From contig OY759745.1 of NCBI GenBank assembly GCA_963662685.1, positions 2,036,478 to 2,100,477 on the forward strand: 64,000 nt of DNA, in the 5' to 3' direction. The notes under the pieces were generated by a model. The model was not told the origin of the DNA. It searched no databases and worked only from the letters and a program-made list of their open reading frames with translations. Made by a program: the position numbers and the translations under genes. Shown here in pieces: positions 58,286 through 64,000 of the stretch. The first letter of the stretch is position 1; each line of letters starts with the position of its first letter. This DNA comes from Bacteroidales bacterium (lineage in GTDB: Bacteria > Bacteroidota > Bacteroidia > Bacteroidales > VadinHA17).

Positions 58286-58996
58286 CTAAATAAGTTCTAT
58301 CTCCTCTTCGGTTTCTACCGGCATAAGTTTACCATCTTCACATTTCAGGGTGTGCGCCGGGAATTTTTTGAGGATGGTCTGGTTGTGTGTGGTGATTACC
58401 ACTGCTCTTCCTGTTTTTGATATATCCAACAACAGTTTTATTATCCCTTCTGATGTCTCGGGATCCAGGTTACCTGTAGGTTCATCGGCCAGGATGATCT
58501 CAGGGTCGTTCAGTAAAGCGCGGGCTATAACCACTCTCTGCTGTTCTCCCCCCGACAGTTGATGTGGCATTTTATAACCTTTGAGTCCGAGTCCGACCTT
58601 GTCAAGAACCTCGTCGATCCTCTCCTTTATGTCTGTTTTGTTTTTCCATCCCGTGGCTTTGAGCACGAATTCAAGGTTTTCGTTTACCGTTCTGTCCATA
58701 AGTAACTGAAAATCCTGGAAGACGATGCCCAGCTTACGACGCAGGTATGGAATATCTCTCTCTTTCAGATTCGCGAGATTAAAGCCCGACACCACCCCGG
58801 TACCCTCTTTAAGCGGAAGCTGGGCGTTGATGGTTTTGACCAGGCTGGTCTTTCCGGAGCCCACCTTACCGACAAGGTACATGAACTCGCCTTTGTTGAC
58901 GGTAAGATTCACATTCTTCAAGACAAGATGATCCTGTTGCCAGATCTGGCAATCCTGTAGCTCAATAATAGCGTCGAGTGAGTGAGTTGCTTCCAT
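58286..58996 (-). CDS. ftsE: FtsE-like ABC transporter ATP-binding protein
   Basis: Walker A GKVGSGKTSL, signature LSGGEQQR, Walker B ILADEPTG. Size and sequence fit FtsE. There is no adjacent ftsX. ATG at 58996 is preferred. Confidence 0.75.
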   Translation of the reverse strand: MEATHSLDAIIELQDCQIWQQDHLVLKNVNLTVNKGEFMYLVGKVGSGKTSLVKTINAQLPLKEGTGVVSGFNLANLKERDIPYLRRKLGIVFQDFQLLMDRTVNENLEFVLKATGWKNKTDIKERIDEVLDKVGLGLKGYKMPHQLSGGEQQRVVIARALLNDPEIILADEPTGNLDPETSEGIIKLLLDISKTGRAVVITTHNQTILKKFPAHTLKCEDGKLMPVETEEEIELI

Positions 58997-59274
58997 ATTC
59001 CCTGTTCTTTTGACGCAAAGTAACAAAAGAATTGATAACTAACATTTGGATGTTGATAAATTACACAATAAAGCTTGTCGCCCCACTGTTTTATAGTTGT
59101 ATTTTTACCGGGAAATAGGGTATACGGAAAAATGATATTGCTTTTAATCAACATGTTGAATTAGTGACATAAAGCATTAAAGGATGGGTACACCCGTAAA
59201 TGCGTGAAATATTTGTTATGAACAGAAAATCCTTGTTTTTTGATTGCCGCCTTATACCGGGATGTGTATCCGGA

Positions 59275-62274
59275 ATGCGGACGGCTCTTTTGTTGTTTTT
59301 ACTGGTCATGCCGGTAATCTCTGTCGCGCAGACGCCTTTTATCTCTTCAAGGGCGGTATCGGACTTCTACAGGGGTATGGAGATGTTTTCCAAGGAGAAA
59401 TATGCGGCGGCGATAAGGCTGTTCGACGGTTACCTCAAAAGCGGCGCGGCAACGGACCAGCAACAGGCGGACGCACAATATTATTCCGTACTGTCGGCTA
59501 TCAACCTGTTCAACCCTGATGCTGAGAAGAGGATGCTGGATTTTGCCGGGGAGCACGCCGACAGTCCTTTGATCAACGATGGCTACCTGGCTCTGGCCAA
59601 CTATTTCTATCAAAACAAAAATTACCGTAAAGCTATTGTCTATTACGAGTTGGTGAACCGTCAGAAACTCGATGCCTCGCGAATCGACGAATATTTTTTT
59701 AAGCTCGGTTATTCCCATTTTCTGCAGGGAGAAAAGCCGAGAGCATTGCTGATGTTTTCCGAGATAAAGGATATCGATACCGAATACACCTCACCGGCGT
59801 TGTATTATTTTTCGCAGATAGCTTATGACGACGAGATGTACGAGACCGCTATGGAAGGTTTCCAGAGGTTACGCGACGACGAGACTTTTGGGGAGATCGT
59901 TCCTTTTTATGTAGTGCAGATACTCTACATCAGAAAGGACTACAACCAGATCATAGAGATGGCCCCGGCGCTCCTTGAGTCGGCTGGTGATGAAAGGGCT
60001 GTAGAACTCTGCTCTTTTATTGGCGACGCTTATTACAACAAAGGAATGTACTCCGATGCTCTCCCGTACCTTGAGAGGTTTGCCGCCGCGTCAAGAATAT
60101 CTACCCGCGAGAGTGAATACCAACTCGCGTACTGTTACTACAAGACCGGTAAAACCGATCAGGCCATTGAGGGATTCCTGGACATATCCTCGCGAAACGA
60201 TGCTCTCAGCCAGAACGCATGGTTCGTATTGGGCGACTGTTACCTGAAACAGGGCAATAAGCAAAGGGCGCAGTTCGGATTCGGACAGGCAGCCAAGATG
60301 GAATTCGACAAAAACATCAAAGAGGAAGCTCTCTTCAACTACGCCAAGATAACATACGAGACCTCATATTCCCCATTCGGAGAGGCAATAGCTTCGTTCC
60401 AGGAGTATATTGACGCCTATCCCGCATCACCTCGCATACAGGAAGTGTACAACTATTTGGTATCTACATACCTGCAGGCAAAAAACTATAAAGCTGCCCT
60501 CACTTCACTGGATAAGATTACCAGCAAAGACGCCAAGATAGAGGAGGCTTACCAGAAAGTGGCTTACTACCGGGGACAGGAGCTTTTCAAGAACATGGAA
60601 CTGGATGCCGCCATGGACATGTTCGACAAGTCGTTGCGATACGGCAAATACGACAGGCTTATCAGGGCAGGCGCAATATACTGGAGAGGGGAGGCGAGCT
60701 ACAGGCTGGGCGACTATGAGAGCGCTAAAAACGACTATATCGAGTTCATGGGAATTCCGGGTGTCATGGCGCTTCCTGAATATATTTTGGTGAGATATAA
60801 CCTTGGATCGGCCTGTTTCAACCTCGGAGATTACGAAAACGCTCTGATCCACTTCCGTAACTTTGAGTCGGTTGTCGCCCAGGTGAACGCCGAAGTGATG
60901 GCCGATGCCCGCAACAGGATAGCCGACTGTTATTATATCGATTTGAATTATCGTCTGGCAATAGATTATTACAACAAGGTAATAGACTACGGGAAGGTGG
61001 ACGCCGACTATGCGATGTTCCAGAAAGGTTTTTCAACCGGACTGATGGGCGACCAGCAGGGAAAGGTTGATGCCCTGGCTTCGTTGATACAGCGGTATCC
61101 CTCATCGGCTTACGTACCTAACGCTATCTATGAAAGGGGCAGGGCTTACATGACGCTGGAAAATTTCCAGAAAAGTGAAGCCGACTTTCAAAAAATTATA
61201 AACGACTATTCCAATAACCAGTATGTTCCCAAAGCTATGGTGCAACTAGGTCTCTTATATTACAACACCGGTGAAAACGAAAAGGCTATTGAGGTATACA
61301 AAAAGGTGGTAGAGGACTATAGGTCCACTGATGAGTCGAGATACGCTATGACAGGTCTCAAAAACACTTACGTGGAGATGAACGATGTAGAGGCCTATTT
61401 CGCTTATACAAAGACTATCCAGGGATACGGCGACGTTAACCAGACAGAGAGGGATTCACTGCTTTACACTTCCGGGGAAAATCTCTTTATAGCGGGGAAC
61501 TACGACAGGGCCGTAGAGACGTTGAACAGTTACGTTACCGAGTTCCCACAGGGAATATTTCTTGTCAATGCCCAATATTATCTTGCTGAAAGCCTGAGGG
61601 AGAATGGTGATGATGCCGGGGCTTTGAAACAGTATATATCGATTATCGACCAGCCTGATAACCAGTTCACGGAACAGTCGCTTGTTGCCGCTTCAGTCAT
61701 TGCTTTCGATCAGGAAGAGTATGAAGAGGCATTTGGGTTGTATAGCCGATTGGAAACTGCGGCGACCAACAGCGACAACAAGATACTGGCGCTGCAGGGC
61801 GAACTGCGGTCGGCTTACGAGATATCAGATGCCGATAACGTGATCGCCGTGACCGGCAGAATAGAACAGGCGGTTAACGTCCCCGAGGAGTTGACACGAC
61901 AAGCTGTATTCATGAGGGCTAAAGCTTATTACAGCATGGATAACCTTGACAAGGCACTTTTGGATTTCAGGCGCAACGACCAGGAGGTTGTGAGCGATGA
62001 GGGAGCGGAATCGAAGTTCAGGGTCGCCGAGATACTGTACAAAACAGGCAAGATTGACGATGCCGAAAGGGCGGTTAACGAGTTTATCGACATGAAGTCG
62101 CCACACCAGTTCTGGACAGCCAGGGCATTCATACTGCTTTCGGACATCAGCGCCAGCAAGGGCGATATGTTGCAGGCAAGGGTAACGCTTGAGAGTGTCC
62201 GGGACTATTATACGATAGATGACGACGGAATACTGGATGAGGTGAGGTCGAAGCTCAGCGAACTGTCGGAGTAA
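59275..62274 (+). CDS. Large secreted tetratricopeptide-repeat (TPR) protein
   Basis: About 1000 aa. Signal peptide MRTALLLFLLVMPVISVAQ from ATG 59275 (the track start at 59200 is an alternative). Helical repeats of about 34 residues with Y/A/L/G signature positions run throughout. Confidence 0.8.
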   Translation: MRTALLLFLLVMPVISVAQTPFISSRAVSDFYRGMEMFSKEKYAAAIRLFDGYLKSGAATDQQQADAQYYSVLSAINLFNPDAEKRMLDFAGEHADSPLINDGYLALANYFYQNKNYRKAIVYYELVNRQKLDASRIDEYFFKLGYSHFLQGEKPRALLMFSEIKDIDTEYTSPALYYFSQIAYDDEMYETAMEGFQRLRDDETFGEIVPFYVVQILYIRKDYNQIIEMAPALLESAGDERAVELCSFIGDAYYNKGMYSDALPYLERFAAASRISTRESEYQLAYCYYKTGKTDQAIEGFLDISSRNDALSQNAWFVLGDCYLKQGNKQRAQFGFGQAAKMEFDKNIKEEALFNYAKITYETSYSPFGEAIASFQEYIDAYPASPRIQEVYNYLVSTYLQAKNYKAALTSLDKITSKDAKIEEAYQKVAYYRGQELFKNMELDAAMDMFDKSLRYGKYDRLIRAGAIYWRGEASYRLGDYESAKNDYIEFMGIPGVMALPEYILVRYNLGSACFNLGDYENALIHFRNFESVVAQVNAEVMADARNRIADCYYIDLNYRLAIDYYNKVIDYGKVDADYAMFQKGFSTGLMGDQQGKVDALASLIQRYPSSAYVPNAIYERGRAYMTLENFQKSEADFQKIINDYSNNQYVPKAMVQLGLLYYNTGENEKAIEVYKKVVEDYRSTDESRYAMTGLKNTYVEMNDVEAYFAYTKTIQGYGDVNQTERDSLLYTSGENLFIAGNYDRAVETLNSYVTEFPQGIFLVNAQYYLAESLRENGDDAGALKQYISIIDQPDNQFTEQSLVAASVIAFDQEEYEEAFGLYSRLETAATNSDNKILALQGELRSAYEISDADNVIAVTGRIEQAVNVPEELTRQAVFMRAKAYYSMDNLDKALLDFRRNDQEVVSDEGAESKFRVAEILYKTGKIDDAERAVNEFIDMKSPHQFWTARAFILLSDISASKGDMLQARVTLESVRDYYTIDDDGILDEVRSKLSELSE

Positions 62275-62307
62275 TTTTATTAAAAGAGTAAAGAAAAACA
62301 GAAAAAT

Positions 62308-64000
62308 ATGAAGAGGATTCCGGTAATATTTCTAATGTCGGTTCTGACCATGGGATACGCTTTCGGTCAGGATGAGCAGGAGGGTCCCAAAAGGGAAGTT
62401 ACACTTTACAATGTTTATAAGCCGTCGCTTTCCGAGAGCAGGAAGAAGAGCTTTCTGCCGGTAATAAGCGATACGGCCAGGATAACTCCCGATATTACAT
62501 ATAATGTAACGACTAAACCGTTTTACCCGGAGTACAGGATATCGCCTCTGAAGGCAGCGACACTGCAAGCCGACCCGCTGCCAAAACTCTACAAGAGCTA
62601 TATCAACCTTGGCGTTGGAAACTATTACACCCCGTTCGGTGAGCTCAGCATTACCAACGAGCGATCCAAGAAAAACGCTTTGGGATTTTATGCCCGACAT
62701 TTTTCTACAAATGGCAAAGTGAAACTCGACAACGACGAGAAGGTTTTCGCCGGGTACATGGACAATGACGTGTCGGTTTTCGGGAAAAAATTCTTCAGGT
62801 CAGCTATTCTTGAGGGTTCACTGGATTATTCCCAAAAAACACGTTACGCTTACGGGTTTAACACCGCCGACACTACCGGGGCATGGGAACCGCGACCGGA
62901 GAACAAGGATATAAAACGAATGTTTAATGATGTGGGAGCAACGGCCTCGTATAAATCGACATCAACCGACTCTTCGGATCTGGCGTACGACCTCAACCTG
63001 GGATACGATCTTTTTATGTACAAAGACGATCTGACGCAGCATCAGGCTTCTTTCTCCGGATTGTTTTCCAAAGAGGTTGAAGGATTTTACGGTCAGCTTG
63101 GAGCGGGATTTGACTATTATTATACCTCCGGGGATACCGTATCGCCCGAGTTCACTGTTTCTTTGAGTCCAAGTGTTTCCAAGAAGAGCCAGTTGTGGAG
63201 TTTCAGGCTGGGAGTTGATTTCGTATACGACAAGGATGTTTCCTACGTCAGTGGTTACGATACCCTGGGTGTTGTTAAAGAGGGATTTAAAGTATTTCCC
63301 GATATAAGATTTGGTTTCTCTGTAATGCCTACCTATATGGATTTCTTTCTGAGTCTTACCGGGGATCTGGATAAAAACATCGCTCAGAGCGTGATAGCCG
63401 ATAATCCCTACACCAACAACATCTTCCAGCAGAAAAACACCGATTATTCCATGATCGCGACAGCAGGTTTCAGCGGCAATAACGGTCTTGGAGGCAACTA
63501 TCTCGTTTCCGCCGCATATTCTATGGTCAGTGATATGATCTTTTATGTTACAGATGAACCCGGAAGGTATTTTTATTCGGTATACGACGATGTCGACTTG
63601 CTGAACCTGCACGGAGAGATTGACGGGGCGATTACAGATAAACTGTCGTTTTCCGGGTCCGGAAACCTGTATCAATACAACATGGTCAAGCTTATGTATG
63701 CTCCCAACAAACCCAAGTGGGATGCGGAAATTGGTTTAAAATACAACCTCCGCGACAAGATACTGGCAGGGGTGGATATAAACGCTATCGGAAAGAGAAC
63801 ACTGTCGGAGTGCCTTGTCGCTGACCCGTCAAGTGTTCCTGTCACTTTATTGACTGAACCGACCCATTTGAACCTGAACTTCAGCGCCGAGTACCGTTAT
63901 ACCAAGATACTATCGTTTTGGCTAAAAGCCAACAATATAGGAATCAACAAATACAACGAGTACGCCTACTACCCGACACAGAGATTTTTGTTTATGTTAG
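62308..64000 (+). CDS. Predicted outer-membrane beta-barrel (porin-like) protein, 3' end outside the window
   Basis: Translated by hand from ATG 62308 with no stop to the window end (564 codons). Signal peptide MKRIPVIFLMSVLTMGYAFGQ, with alternating aromatic/Gly-rich beta-strand patterns. It is absent from the ORF track because it has no in-window stop. Confidence 0.75.
   Translation, partial: MKRIPVIFLMSVLTMGYAFGQDEQEGPKREVTLYNVYKPSLSESRKKSFLPVISDTARITPDITYNVTTKPFYPEYRISPLKAATLQADPLPKLYKSYINLGVGNYYTPFGELSITNERSKKNALGFYARHFSTNGKVKLDNDEKVFAGYMDNDVSVFGKKFFRSAILEGSLDYSQKTRYAYGFNTADTTGAWEPRPENKDIKRMFNDVGATASYKSTSTDSSDLAYDLNLGYDLFMYKDDLTQHQASFSGLFSKEVEGFYGQLGAGFDYYYTSGDTVSPEFTVSLSPSVSKKSQLWSFRLGVDFVYDKDVSYVSGYDTLGVVKEGFKVFPDIRFGFSVMPTYMDFFLSLTGDLDKNIAQSVIADNPYTNNIFQQKNTDYSMIATAGFSGNNGLGGNYLVSAAYSMVSDMIFYVTDEPGRYFYSVYDDVDLLNLHGEIDGAITDKLSFSGSGNLYQYNMVKLMYAPNKPKWDAEIGLKYNLRDKILAGVDINAIGKRTLSECLVADPSSVPVTLLTEPTHLNLNFSAEYRYTKILSFWLKANNIGINKYNEYAYYPTQRFLFML

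Noticed and set aside
59148-59159. A 12-bp perfect palindrome TCAACATGTTGA in the divergent ftsE/TPR intergenic region, considered as an operator.
   Set aside because: It is a single AT-rich palindrome with no recognisable promoter boxes nearby and no second copy in the window. It cannot be distinguished from chance without comparative data.
62332-63675. Two minus-strand ORFs (62332-62700, 122 aa; 62962-63675, 237 aa), the only track entries in this region.
   Set aside because: The + strand carries an uninterrupted ORF from ATG 62308 to the window end, with a signal peptide and beta-barrel-like sequence. The minus ORFs are its antisense shadows and have no motifs.

Overview
The window is a chromosomal segment from a Bacteroidota genome. 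The phylum call rests on gldD/gldE, T9SS C-terminal sorting domains, TAnnTTTG-type -7 promoter boxes and near-absence of Shine-Dalgarno sequences. Positions 1-13.8 kb hold the conserved S10-spc-alpha ribosomal protein cluster, running L4 through L17 with secY, map, infA, rpmJ and rpoA, all on the + strand. The rest is mostly housekeeping and envelope genes: eno, a UbiD-family decarboxylase, hisS, ychF, ppk2, ssb, two HU genes, RNase E/G, dsbD, htpG, yicC-gmk-nadD, a DEAD-box helicase and ftsE. Bacteroidota-typical envelope functions are interspersed: gldD/gldE, two T9SS cargo proteins, a PafA-type phosphatase, a GGGP-synthase homologue, and a TPR protein followed by an outer-membrane beta-barrel. 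I found no rRNA, tRNA, CRISPR array, IS element or prophage module. The most unusual locus is 49.9-56.0 kb. It carries two tandem paralogous genes for about 1000-aa proteins that combine a signal peptide, YadA-like head repeats and a C-terminal phage-tail-fibre-type (peptidase S74) self-cleaving chaperone domain, and both flanks are housekeeping genes. Smaller points:
- A homopolymer frameshift truncates an M19 dipeptidase homologue.
- A 29-aa bS22/AURKAIP1-like ultra-basic ORF and rpmJ are both missing from the ORF track.
- A hybrid sensor kinase has a degenerate ATPase domain.
- A secreted protein carries a tyrosine-rich insert.
- The rplO-secY spacer appears structured.
- rplF is preceded by an isolated canonical SD.
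All functional calls come from reading motifs and gene order by eye. No database search was run.
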